The notes under the pieces were generated by a model, which saw nothing but the letters and a program-made list of their open reading frames with translations, was not told the origin of the DNA and did not search any database. This document shows positions 1-8,946 of a DNA stretch of 56,834 nt, one piece after another. Positions within the stretch are counted from its first letter, which is position 1. The number at the start of each line of letters is the position of its first letter. Source of the DNA: Minisyncoccia bacterium (lineage in GTDB: Bacteria > Patescibacteriota > Minisyncoccia > Phycocordibacterales > UBA2100); the NCBI GenBank assembly GCA_049297775.1, contig JBAQUX010000025.1, positions 1-56,834 on the forward strand. The letters are read 5' to 3'. The translations under genes were made by a program, and so were the position numbers.

Positions 1-32
1 CCCACGTTGCTTGGTCATCAGACCTTGCCCGA

Positions 33-365
33 TTATTCCTCACGCGACTCGCGGAGATGGTCACGGATACCGAACAGGCGACTGAGAAGGTGCCAGATGG
101 CGACACCAGCCAGAACGACAGATCCTAGCGGGTCAGATGCAAACGTTGCCACTCCTTCGAGGAAGCGACGTACTTCCATCACGTAGGGAAAGTTTGCACC
201 ACTGGCGTACTGCGAGTACACGTTTGCAAGGCAAACAATGCACACGAGCCACGCAAGTGCGAGTAATGCTCGCTGACTTCCAGTGCTGTGTTCGGTTTCT
301 GTGCGCGCCTCCTTGTAGCGCGTGCGGAAATTGGGTTTTGTGTCTGATTGTGACTCTGCAGTCAT
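33..365 (-). CDS. hypothetical small membrane protein on a G+C-rich islet
   Basis: The track ORF 33..380 begins at TTG. The in-frame ATG at 365 has GGAGG (378..374, minus strand) 8 nt upstream. Two hydrophobic helices are present (LLALAWLVCIVCLA, VVLAGVAIWHLL). Hand count on one 60-nt line gives about 58% G+C, versus about 40% in typical flanks. No family recognised. Confidence 0.5.
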   Translation of the reverse strand: MTAESQSDTKPNFRTRYKEARTETEHSTGSQRALLALAWLVCIVCLANVYSQYASGANFPYVMEVRRFLEGVATFASDPLGSVVLAGVAIWHLLSRLFGIRDHLRESREE

Positions 366-545
366 GGCTTTCGCCTCCAAACAGGCCCTCTACTTAAGTC
401 GGGGCCGCGAAAGCAAACTACAATATAAAATGTACTTATGCAATATTTGTTGTATAAGCAGATATTAAGTAATGGCAATAAGAAAACCGTGCAAATATGC
501 GTGCAAATGATATAGTATTAAAAGTTAATAATATAAAAATTACAT

Positions 546-710
546 ATGGCAACAGCTATCGTAGGATATTGCATGAAGTGCAAAGCAAAGCAGGAAATGG
601 CAGAGACAACAAAAGTTGAGATGAAGCCGGGACGTTTTGCAATGAAGGGCAAGTGCTCAAAGTGCAGTACAGGAATGTACAAAATTCTTGGAAAGGCAGA
701 CGCACAATAA
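546..710 (+). CDS. small zinc-ribbon protein, DUF5679-like
   Basis: Below the 60-aa track cutoff. ATG 546, TAA 708-710, 54 aa: MATAIVGYCMKCKAKQEMAETTKVEMKPGRFAMKGKCSKCSTGMYKILGKADAQ. It has two CxxC pairs (CMKC, CSKC). It resembles the DUF5679 proteins common in CPR genomes (recalled, not searched). A terminator follows. Confidence 0.6.
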   Translation: MATAIVGYCMKCKAKQEMAETTKVEMKPGRFAMKGKCSKCSTGMYKILGKADAQ

Positions 711-724
711 TATTGTTATGTCTT

Positions 725-750
725 AAAAAACCCACATTTGTGGGTTTTTT
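725..750. terminator. bidirectional rho-independent terminator
   Basis: AAAAAACCCACA-TTT-GTGGGTTTTTT. The stem is perfect, has an A-run on one side and a T-run on the other, and lies between convergent genes. Confidence 0.8.
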
Positions 751-770
751 ATTTGCACGGATATGTATTT

Positions 771-1622
771 CTAAGTTTTTTTGTTTGTCTTCTGTGTTGC
801 GGGCAATCGAGTCTTTTCAATATAACTAATGATTTTCTCCTTGCGTTCTCCAGCCTTTAGTGGGTTTGCGATAAAGCTGATCCGTACAAGTACGTCACCA
901 TCATCGTCGTAATCATAAGTAACTTTAAATTTTTTACCGGCAAAGCCTCTGTAGTGTCCGACATCACCAATCTTTCGGAGGGGTAATGTTTCTGATAGAA
1001 ACTCCTTAAGTTGCGTAAGCCAAGTATCAAACGAATCTGAGAACTTGTCTGCTATGTAGACTGCATTCACGGTAACACGTCTAAAGTTATCAGACTTCAG
1101 TTCCTGAACCTCAACTATGTTTTGTAAAATTTTATAGTTTGGTATTTGAAAAAGTTTTCCATTGTAGTCACCAGAATCATCTTTACCTGCAAGTGCCAGT
1201 GAGAGTGGGCGAATGCGAATAATTTCACCAAGATTACCATCAATCTTTACGTCGTCGCCGACGTCATAATGTGAAAGAATATAAAAGTACGCTGCAATAG
1301 AGTTTACATTTTCCTTCATGACGATAATGAGTGCACCCAACGCTACTACGATGTAACTGAATGCTTGTACGTCATAGATAAGGAATCCTCCAAGGATGGC
1401 AAGTATATATGCACCCATGCGTAAGAGGTCAAACATTTGCATCTGCTTAAAGTATCGAATTGTCAAAAGCTCGAGCTCATGATTATCAGAAACCTCAGTT
1501 GTTGCAGCCTCAAAAGTATTCTTAACTTTTGATTTTGTGGTACGGAGTGCTGTCTCTACGATAATAAGTATCAGCACGAGAACTGCACCACTCACGAGTG
1601 TAGGGGTTATGTCTAGATTCAT
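771..1622 (-). CDS. MscS-family mechanosensitive ion channel
   Basis: 283 aa. N-terminal TM helices are followed by GDDVKIDGNLGEIIRIRPLSLAL, which resembles the MscS beta-domain motif. Confidence 0.75.
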   Translation of the reverse strand: MNLDITPTLVSGAVLVLILIIVETALRTTKSKVKNTFEAATTEVSDNHELELLTIRYFKQMQMFDLLRMGAYILAILGGFLIYDVQAFSYIVVALGALIIVMKENVNSIAAYFYILSHYDVGDDVKIDGNLGEIIRIRPLSLALAGKDDSGDYNGKLFQIPNYKILQNIVEVQELKSDNFRRVTVNAVYIADKFSDSFDTWLTQLKEFLSETLPLRKIGDVGHYRGFAGKKFKVTYDYDDDGDVLVRISFIANPLKAGERKEKIISYIEKTRLPATQKTNKKT

Positions 1623-1628
1623 GCAATG

Positions 1629-1637
1629 ATTTTAGCA
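1629..1637 (-). promoter_or_regulatory. extended -10 (TGCTAAAAT) 6 nt upstream of the ATG at 1622
   Basis: The minus strand reads TGCTAAAAT-cattgc-ATG. There is no room for a ribosome-binding site. Confidence 0.5.
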
Positions 1638-1858
1638 TGTAATCAAGTTTTTTGATGTCCACATATCACGACGCGATGTGTCCTTTATAAGAGTAAGTTT
1701 TTCAATATAAATTCAGCAATTTAAATCATGTCTTTTAGAAAAAAATGCATATATGTAAAGGCCCTTTTAAAAACGAATCATATTTCCTTGCATCTTTCAA
1801 CTAAGAAGCGTAGTGTTTCGATATTATTGGGTGCAGTAGTAATTAAACACATATCACT

Positions 1859-4800
1859 ATGTCGTCATCATTAAGGTTGTCAAAGGTGCTTTTATCAACT
1901 CTTTTTACTTTCGCGGCACTCGCCTCAGCGAGTTTTGCCCTTGCGGTAGATAATCCTGCAACAAATGCTGCTACAGCGATTACAACGAGTAACGCTACCC
2001 TCAACGCCGTGAATGGTGACACAGCGGCAACCGGCAGTTCATTTTGGGCATCTGCTGTGAGTTTCGTTCCTGCAATTCCCAACTTTATTCCAGGTACGAC
2101 TTTTACTACTCCAGACCTCGGCGCAGTTGGTGCACTCACACCGTTTTCTGCACAACTCTCAGCTACAGGAATTCCTGTTAACCCAAACACAACATACTAC
2201 TATTCTGCCTGGTCATATGTAGGTGCTACATGGCTTCCAGGTCCTGTTCAAACAGTTACCACATTAGGTCTTTCACAAACAATTGTATTTACTGACCCTG
2301 CCGATTCTACTTATGGTGACGCACCTCTCGCGCTTGTAGCCACAGGTGGACTCTCAGGTAACCCTGTTACATTTGCTACATCATCTCTTGCTACAATTTG
2401 TACAGTATCAGGCGCAACAGTGACTATAACTGGCGCAGGGACATGTGTTGTCACTGCAGATCAGGCAGGTGGAGGCTCATATAGTGCAGCACCGCAGGTA
2501 ACTCAGTCATTCATAATTGCACCGAAAGTACTTTCAATTTCTGCCGCGGTAGCAAACAAGGTGTATGACGGCACAACTACGGCTACGCTCGTTGCAGCAC
2601 CAACTATTACAGGACTCGTGTCACCTGACACTATGACACTTTCACCTGCATTTGCAGATAAAATTGTTGCTACAGGAAAGCCAATAACGTTTACACTTGG
2701 TGGTACTGCAGTTCCGGCAAACTACACATATACTTTGCCAGTTGTTACCGCAGACATTACAGTAAAGAACCTTTCAATTGTTACTAATGATATTGCTGCT
2801 GCAACAAAGGTGTATGACGGTGCAACAACCGCAACACCAGCTGCACTCCCAGTATGGACATTCGATGCACTTCAGGGGACTGACACTGTTGCTACAGTAA
2901 CGCTAGTACCTGGAACAGCAACGCTTGCCGCTAAGCATGTTGGTGCGCAAACGGTCACTTTCTCTGGCTTTACATTGGGTGGTGTTGATGCACCAAACTA
3001 TGCACTTCAGAATCAGCCAATTTCTGAGTCGCAAACAATTTCTGCACTTCCAATCACCGTTACTGCTGTTGCTGGTTCAAAAGTGTATGATGGAACAGTA
3101 ACGTCATCTGCAATACCAACACTAAGCACACCGCTCGTTGGAGGAGACACTGGAGTTTTTGGTCAGGTATACGATAACAAAAATACAGCAGGAAGTCCGA
3201 CAAAAACAATGATTCCTACCGCTGCAGTAATTACGGACGGGAATATTGTTCCAGGAAGCAACTATGCAATTACGTATACATCTGCAAACGTAGGTAGCAT
3301 TACACCTGCACCACTTACAGTATCTGGCGCAGTCGTTACTCCCAAGGTGTATGACAAAACAACGCCAGCTACTATCGACATAACAGGAGCAACTGCAGTT
3401 GGAGTCATCTCGCCTGATGTTGTGGTTTTGACTGGAGGTACGGGAACATATGACAACTCTAATGCAGGTGTTGGAAAAACGGTAACTGTCGTTGGTATTA
3501 CAACTGCAGATACTAACTATACGGTCACACAACCGACACTTACAGGAGTCATTTCACCACGACCGCTTACAGTTACTGCAACATTTAACTCAAAGGTATA
3601 CGACGGAAATTTGACTGCTGCTGCAATTCCTACAATTACTGTCGGCGCTCTGCAAGGTACTGATACAGCCGTACTTACTGAAGCATACGCAACAAAAGTT
3701 GTTGGCTCAGCAAACAAAGTTGTAATTCCAACTGCCACAATTACTGATGGTAACGTTGGTGCAAACTATACAGTGACACTTGTGAACGACACAGTAAGCA
3801 CTATCACACCTGCAACACTTACAGTTACCGCAACAGGAATGAATAAGGTATACGATGCAACAACTGCAGCTACAGTAACTCTTTCTGACGACCGAGTGCT
3901 CGGCGATGTACTTACTGCTACATATGCTGGAGCAACTTTCAACAATAAGAACGTTGGAGTTGCAAAACCAGTTTCAGTAACTGGTATTGCAATTTCTGGA
4001 ACAGATGCACCGAACTACGTTCTCGCACTTACTACAGCATCGACAACAGCTGACATCACTCCTAAAAATCTTACTATCGTACCTACAACACCAGGCAAGG
4101 TATACGACGCAACTACTGGAGCAACGGTAACTTACACTGATAATAGACTCGCAGGAGATATTATCGGCATTACAGGTAGTGCAGCGTTTAATGACAAAAC
4201 AGCGGGTGTTGCAAAGCTAGTAGTGCTCGCGCCAGTTACGCTATTTGGTGCAGATGCAGGAAACTATACAGTTGTTGGACCAACAACTACAAACGCGACA
4301 ATTACACCAGCGCCGCTTACAGCGTCATTTACAGCTAGTAATAAGGTGTATGACGGACTCGCTGCCGCAACAATTGTTACGCGATCTGTTGTAACTACAC
4401 TTGCAACAGATGTAGTAACGATTACGGGCGGGACAGCAACATTTGCGAATAAAAATGTTGGCACTGGAAAAACGGTAACGGCATCAGGTTTTGTATTGGG
4501 AGGAGCGGACGGGGCAAACTATGCAATCACCACAACAAATACAACAACAGCTGACATCACGACAAAGCCAATCACTGTTACTGCTACAGGAATTAACAAA
4601 GTGTATGACGGTACAACTTCTGCAACGGTTACATATGCTGATGACCGTGTGCCTGGCGATTCTCTCGCAGCATCTGGAACACCTGCATTTGCAGATAAGC
4701 ATGTTGGAGTTGCAAAGCCAGTAACAGTAACAGCCATTGCTATTGCCGGTACTGATGCGACAAACTACTCACTCACTGCAACAACTGCAGCTACAGTAGC

Positions 4801-6250
4801 GGATATTACGCCTCATTTGATTACTGTCACTGCATCACCAAACACGAAGGTATATGACGCGACTACAGCATCACTCGCACTACCAACAATTACTGTCGGT
4901 GCAATACAAACAGGTGACTCTGCGGTACTTGCACAAACGTATGACAATAAAAACGTTGCAGGAAGTCCAGCAAAAGTACTGACACCTACTATTGTCATAA
5001 CTGACGGAAACATAGTGCCGGGTGCAAACTACGCGGTGACATACGTAAATAATGCAACTGGCGTTATTACGGTTGCACCACTTACAGTTTCATTTACTGC
5101 AAGTAATAAGGTGTATGACCAGACAGCTACTGCAACTATTGCTACACGCACCGTTACTGTAATTCTTGGTACTGACGATGTGTCAGCAGCTGGAGGAACC
5201 GCAACCTTTGCAAACAAGAATGTTGGAGTAGGAAAAACTGTCACTGGTACTGGCTTTACTCTAGCTGGTGCCGATGCTTTGAACTATGCAATTACAACAA
5301 CAAACACAACTACGGCAAACATAACGACGAAACCATTAGTAATCACTGTTACCGGTATTGATAAAGTGTATGACGCAACAACTGCTGCAACAGTTACTTA
5401 TGGCGATGATCGAATTGTAGGAGATGTGCTTACTACACTCGGTACAGCAACGTTTGCAGATAAGAACGTCGGCGCAGGAAAGGTTGTTTCAGTTAGTGGC
5501 ATCACAACAGCAGGTGCGGATGCTCTTAACTACACAGCAAATACAACTGCAAGTACTACAGCAGCAATTACAGCGCGTCCACTACTTGTTTCAGCAACTG
5601 CGTCAAAGAAGGTATTTGATGGCAACACAAATGCAACGGTAGCGCTTACAGACGACAGAGTTGTAGGCGATATCTTCACGGTGAATTATACAGGAGCGAA
5701 CTTTGACACTGCTGCAGCTGGTACTGGGAAGACTGTAACAGTTGCTGGTATAACACTTGTTGGTGCTGATGCGGGCAACTACACACCTAACGTAACAGCT
5801 CTTACTACAGCAGATATTGAGTCTGCCTCAAACGGACCAGTGTACGGTGGTGGTGGAAATGGTAGTGGCTACATAGGTGGTACTTCATTTGGGGGATCTT
5901 CAAGCAGTGCAAGTATTCCATCAAGCACAAATCCATTTGCGGTAAATACAACTGGTGTACCAACTGCGCCAACCGTACTTGCTCAAGGAGGAAATTCACG
6001 AGGAATTGTTGCTGGTGCATCAGCATTTAAGTTCGAGAAGAATATGCGTATCGGTTCAAGAATCTCACCAGACGTTTCAGAACTTCAGAAAGTACTCATC
6101 AGTGCTGGATACCTTAAACTTACTGCACCGACTGGAGTTTTTGGAGGAATGACTTTTGCAGCTGTAATGCAATACCAATCTGCGCAGGGAGTTCCTGCAA
6201 CAGGATATGTAGGGCCACTCACACGTGCAAAATTGAACGCCGGACTTTAA
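1859..6250 (+). CDS. giant secreted repeat adhesin (YDG/MBG-type modules) with C-terminal peptidoglycan-binding domain
   Basis: 1463 aa. The N-terminus looks like a signal peptide (LLSTLFTFAALASASFALA). FN3/Ig-like modules follow, then 13 tandem modules of about 85 aa anchored on KVYD(G/A)T. A Gly/Ser linker (GGGGNGSGYIGGTSFGGSSSS) leads to a PG_binding_1-like C-terminus (LQKVLISAGYL...AAVMQYQSAQGVPATGYVGPLT). Confidence 0.9.
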   Translation: MSSSLRLSKVLLSTLFTFAALASASFALAVDNPATNAATAITTSNATLNAVNGDTAATGSSFWASAVSFVPAIPNFIPGTTFTTPDLGAVGALTPFSAQLSATGIPVNPNTTYYYSAWSYVGATWLPGPVQTVTTLGLSQTIVFTDPADSTYGDAPLALVATGGLSGNPVTFATSSLATICTVSGATVTITGAGTCVVTADQAGGGSYSAAPQVTQSFIIAPKVLSISAAVANKVYDGTTTATLVAAPTITGLVSPDTMTLSPAFADKIVATGKPITFTLGGTAVPANYTYTLPVVTADITVKNLSIVTNDIAAATKVYDGATTATPAALPVWTFDALQGTDTVATVTLVPGTATLAAKHVGAQTVTFSGFTLGGVDAPNYALQNQPISESQTISALPITVTAVAGSKVYDGTVTSSAIPTLSTPLVGGDTGVFGQVYDNKNTAGSPTKTMIPTAAVITDGNIVPGSNYAITYTSANVGSITPAPLTVSGAVVTPKVYDKTTPATIDITGATAVGVISPDVVVLTGGTGTYDNSNAGVGKTVTVVGITTADTNYTVTQPTLTGVISPRPLTVTATFNSKVYDGNLTAAAIPTITVGALQGTDTAVLTEAYATKVVGSANKVVIPTATITDGNVGANYTVTLVNDTVSTITPATLTVTATGMNKVYDATTAATVTLSDDRVLGDVLTATYAGATFNNKNVGVAKPVSVTGIAISGTDAPNYVLALTTASTTADITPKNLTIVPTTPGKVYDATTGATVTYTDNRLAGDIIGITGSAAFNDKTAGVAKLVVLAPVTLFGADAGNYTVVGPTTTNATITPAPLTASFTASNKVYDGLAAATIVTRSVVTTLATDVVTITGGTATFANKNVGTGKTVTASGFVLGGADGANYAITTTNTTTADITTKPITVTATGINKVYDGTTSATVTYADDRVPGDSLAASGTPAFADKHVGVAKPVTVTAIAIAGTDATNYSLTATTAATVADITPHLITVTASPNTKVYDATTASLALPTITVGAIQTGDSAVLAQTYDNKNVAGSPAKVLTPTIVITDGNIVPGANYAVTYVNNATGVITVAPLTVSFTASNKVYDQTATATIATRTVTVILGTDDVSAAGGTATFANKNVGVGKTVTGTGFTLAGADALNYAITTTNTTTANITTKPLVITVTGIDKVYDATTAATVTYGDDRIVGDVLTTLGTATFADKNVGAGKVVSVSGITTAGADALNYTANTTASTTAAITARPLLVSATASKKVFDGNTNATVALTDDRVVGDIFTVNYTGANFDTAAAGTGKTVTVAGITLVGADAGNYTPNVTALTTADIESASNGPVYGGGGNGSGYIGGTSFGGSSSSASIPSSTNPFAVNTTGVPTAPTVLAQGGNSRGIVAGASAFKFEKNMRIGSRISPDVSELQKVLISAGYLKLTAPTGVFGGMTFAAVMQYQSAQGVPATGYVGPLTRAKLNAGL
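2520..5850 (+). repeat. 13 in-frame tandem coding repeats, period about 245-275 bp
   Basis: The AAG/AAA-GTN-TAT/TTT-GAY (KVYD/KVFD) anchor recurs near 2558, 2807, 3080, 3344, 3593, 3845, 4096, 4343, 4600, 4848, 5105, 5363 and 5609. Confidence 0.85.
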
Positions 6251-6273
6251 TCTCTTAAGGTTTTAAAGTAAAT

Positions 6274-6305
6274 AGGGCAGGGTGCATAAGCTTCCTGTCC
6301 TTTTT
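6274..6305 (+). terminator. rho-independent terminator after the adhesin gene
   Basis: AGGGCAGG-12 nt loop-CCTGTCCT with one G-T pair, followed by TTTT. Confidence 0.6.
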
Positions 6306-6345
6306 GCTATATGAGGGCTACTATAGCTCTATGAGCCTATGCTTG

Positions 6346-6373
6346 TTGACTTTTTCAGTTTTTAGTGTATAAT
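6346..6373 (+). promoter_or_regulatory. sigma-70-type promoter, TTGACT-16 nt-TATAAT
   Basis: TTGACT is at 6346-6351 and TATAAT at 6368-6373. The ATG at 6380 lies only 6 nt downstream. Confidence 0.65.
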
Positions 6374-6379
6374 AGTTAT

Positions 6380-7594
6380 ATGTTTGAAAACCTTAAACAC
6401 TTCTTTGTTCCTCATGCAGGTAATGAGCATAAACCTGGATATTTTAGCGGTACATCGGTTACTTTAGTGATATTGTTTCTTTCTCTATCTTTTACGTTAT
6501 ATCTTGTTGATTTAAAATTGGTCCTAAGTAAAAACTCATTCCTCGCGGCAATCTTACCTACAGTTCTTGTGTACGAAACTAATCTTGAGCGTTCTAAGAA
6601 TAATCTTTCCATGGTTGAAATGGATAACGAGCTCAACCTTGCTGCTCAATATAAAGCCGATGATATGGCTGCAAAAAGCTATTTTGCGCACGTAAGTCCA
6701 GATGGAAAGACACCGTGGTATTGGCTTGATTTGTCAGGATATCAGTATGTATATGCTGGAGAAAACCTCGCAGCAAACTTTGATGAATCAACAGATGTTG
6801 TAAACGCATGGATTGCATCTCCGACGCATCACGCAAACTTGATAAAGCCTCAGTATACAAAAATGGGGATAGGCATAGCGAGAGGTAAACTAAATGGTGC
6901 AGACACTACTTTTGTCGTGCAGTTATTTACCACACCAAAAACAAGTCCTGCGTCAGCACTTGCACGTGCAGTGACACCATCAGTTGTTGCAGAGGCCTCA
7001 GAAGTTACTGCGCCACAAGCACCGCAACCAAAGGTTGTACAAACCTCGGCACAACAGCCAGTTGTAAAGAAAGTTGCGCCAGTGCAACAACAAAAACAAG
7101 TAACTCAGGCACCAGTAGTTAAAAAGCCAGTTGTAGCGAAGAAGGTAGCTGAGCCAGTAGTCGTGAGTACCACAAAGAACATACAGGGTGTACCTATCGT
7201 GAAGGATATGCAAATAAAGAAGCATGACGATGCATTACTGCTTGCAAGTTTAGAAAAATCACAAGCGGAGGAACGTGCGATTAAGGATGAACACAGAAAG
7301 AAGCTAATCGCACTCGTCACTGCAACACCCGTTGCGCCTTCTCTCATTGAACAAATCATATCGTCACCACGACACATTATGACTCTTGTTCTAGAGGCCA
7401 TACTTATTTTAACGATGCTCCTGTTTGTCGCCACATCTATAGCGGGGATGAAAGTACCACATAAAGAAGTTGTTTTTGGCTCTCTAGCAATATCAGGTTT
7501 CGCAGCATTATTGCTTGTAATCGTTACTACAAAGGCACCGGAAATACTACTTCCTACAGATGCACAGTCTGCAAGTGTCATCGTAGGTCTTTAA
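6380..7594 (+). CDS. membrane-anchored CAP/SCP (YkwD-like) domain protein
   Basis: The track start 6365 is a GTG inside the -10 box, so ATG 6380 is preferred. A TM helix precedes a CAP-domain pattern (YFAHVSPDGKTPWYWL...AGENLA...WIASPTHHANL). A Pro/Val/Lys/Gln-rich linker (PVVKK-type repeats) and C-terminal TM helices follow. Confidence 0.8.
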   Translation: MFENLKHFFVPHAGNEHKPGYFSGTSVTLVILFLSLSFTLYLVDLKLVLSKNSFLAAILPTVLVYETNLERSKNNLSMVEMDNELNLAAQYKADDMAAKSYFAHVSPDGKTPWYWLDLSGYQYVYAGENLAANFDESTDVVNAWIASPTHHANLIKPQYTKMGIGIARGKLNGADTTFVVQLFTTPKTSPASALARAVTPSVVAEASEVTAPQAPQPKVVQTSAQQPVVKKVAPVQQQKQVTQAPVVKKPVVAKKVAEPVVVSTTKNIQGVPIVKDMQIKKHDDALLLASLEKSQAEERAIKDEHRKKLIALVTATPVAPSLIEQIISSPRHIMTLVLEAILILTMLLFVATSIAGMKVPHKEVVFGSLAISGFAALLLVIVTTKAPEILLPTDAQSASVIVGL

Positions 7595-7699
7595 TCCACA
7601 GGTACGGGTCCTACAAAACCTGAAAAAGCTTTGTGTGCTATAGTGGGTACATTACTGAGTAATACTTATTCTTATGGCACTCGGCGGACACTAGTCAAC

Positions 7700-7720
7700 A
7701 AAACCCTTCGGGGTTTTTTT
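7700..7720 (+). terminator. rho-independent terminator (UUCG loop)
   Basis: AAAACCC-TTCG-GGGTTTTTTT. Confidence 0.75.
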
Positions 7721-7728
7721 GCTATACT
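7720..7728 (+). promoter_or_regulatory. extended -10 (TGCTATACT) 9 nt upstream of ATG 7738
   Basis: It directly abuts the terminator T-run. Confidence 0.5.
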
Positions 7729-7737
7729 ACTCTCGCT

Positions 7738-8946
7738 ATGAGTACCGTAGAATATAAGGAGTCATATGGTGACTGTGTCGCATGTGCTAACAGTCCTGTA
7801 AATCATAGACTTTCGTATATTTCACAAACGATTAATATTTGGATTGGTCAGATCTGGTTTAATGTATGTGCACATCCTCGCTTAAAAAATATTGGACTAG
7901 TACAGCGATACTCAGCACTATATTGGGACAGAGTTCACTACTTCCTTGCGTCGCTTCTTGGCATCGTACGATACGGTACGGATGTAACTCGCGCTAACTC
8001 GTATCGTTCACAAGTAATTTGGGAAGAAGCACGAGACCGCGGGATTACCATGGAGCAAGTGTATGTATTTAAAAAACCAATTGATGTATACAGAGCAAAA
8101 TTACGGAACAGATGGTTTCATTTTGAAAGTTTGCCCATTCCGCCAGAGTTGAATCAAGATGGGTACCAATGGTTCGACGATAAGCATCTTCTCTCTCTGC
8201 TACTGCAAGCTTCAGGAATTCCAACACCACACAGCAAGTCACTGACGCATGTAAAAGACGTTGCGCCTGCCATGCAGGAATTGCACCCGCCATGTATAGT
8301 AAAACCTCGCATTGGTTCTCGTGGACGACACACTACAACATATATACGTACAATTGAGGAGGCATGTAGTGCATTTACCACGGCGCAACAATTATGCAGA
8401 TACGTTGTACTTGAAGAGCATTTGTACGGCTCAGTTTGCAGAGCTACGGTAGTGGGTGGGAAGCTCGCCGGCTTTCTTAAGGCAGATCCACCTCATGTGA
8501 TTGGTGATGGTAGTTCCACAATCGCTGCATTAGTTCGTAAAACTAACGAAACACGTGCGCCACGCGTAGGAGAGATTATATTCACTGATGAATACATTGC
8601 GTATTTGCAGAGACAAGGCTACACCTCTGAATCAGTGCCGGCGTGTGGTGTGGTGGTACCAATTACTCAGCGAACCGGAAGACTATACGGTGGAGAAACA
8701 CGCGAAATGCCGGATGCTATACACCCTAAGCTTCGTACCGCTATTGAAAGGGCAGCACTACTATTGGCTGTTCCCGTGGTAGGTTTTGACCTCATCATTG
8801 AGCACCCGGAGCAAGACCCAGATACTCAGCGATGGGGGATTATCGAAGCAAACAGTCTTCCGTTTATTGACCTTCATTACCTACCTCTTTTTGGAGTACC
8901 ATCACGTGTTGCAAAAAATGTATGGGACCTGTGGAAGAATGACTAG
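7738..8946 (+). CDS. ATP-grasp ligase, cyanophycin-synthetase G-domain-like (paralog 1)
   Basis: 402 aa. The pattern RGITMEQV...DDKHLLSLLLQASGIPTP...IVKPRIGSRGRHT...GDGSSTIAALV...GGETREM...VVGFDLI...IIEANSLPFID follows the CphA-type ATP-grasp layout. There is an N-terminal CxxC (CVAC) and no Mur-ligase-like domain. Confidence 0.7.
   Translation: MSTVEYKESYGDCVACANSPVNHRLSYISQTINIWIGQIWFNVCAHPRLKNIGLVQRYSALYWDRVHYFLASLLGIVRYGTDVTRANSYRSQVIWEEARDRGITMEQVYVFKKPIDVYRAKLRNRWFHFESLPIPPELNQDGYQWFDDKHLLSLLLQASGIPTPHSKSLTHVKDVAPAMQELHPPCIVKPRIGSRGRHTTTYIRTIEEACSAFTTAQQLCRYVVLEEHLYGSVCRATVVGGKLAGFLKADPPHVIGDGSSTIAALVRKTNETRAPRVGEIIFTDEYIAYLQRQGYTSESVPACGVVVPITQRTGRLYGGETREMPDAIHPKLRTAIERAALLLAVPVVGFDLIIEHPEQDPDTQRWGIIEANSLPFIDLHYLPLFGVPSRVAKNVWDLWKND

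Noticed and set aside
1-18. A minus-strand ATG at 18..16 (ATGACCAAGCAACGTGGG...) that could start a gene running off the left edge.
   Set aside because: Only 6 codons are visible, which is too little to call a feature.
1728-1871. A 47-aa plus-strand ORF upstream of and overlapping the adhesin start.
   Set aside because: It has no promoter or RBS context, overlaps the adhesin start codon out of frame, and has an unremarkable composition. It is likely fortuitous in A+T-rich intergenic DNA.
3122-5244. Many 60-136-aa ORFs on the minus strand and in alternative plus frames inside the adhesin gene (for example 3122..3532, 3517..3738, 4484..4702, 4519..4737, 5029..5244, 5424..5642).
   Set aside because: They lie entirely within a 1463-aa ORF that has coherent domain structure. 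Low-complexity Thr/Ala/Val-rich repeats generate open antisense frames. No independent signals support them.
2520-5850. Regular ~250-bp periodicity checked as a possible CRISPR array or DGR template/variable repeat pair.
   Set aside because: The repeats are in-frame coding modules of one ORF, are far longer than CRISPR repeats, and have no spacers. No reverse transcriptase or A-specific mismatch pattern is present.
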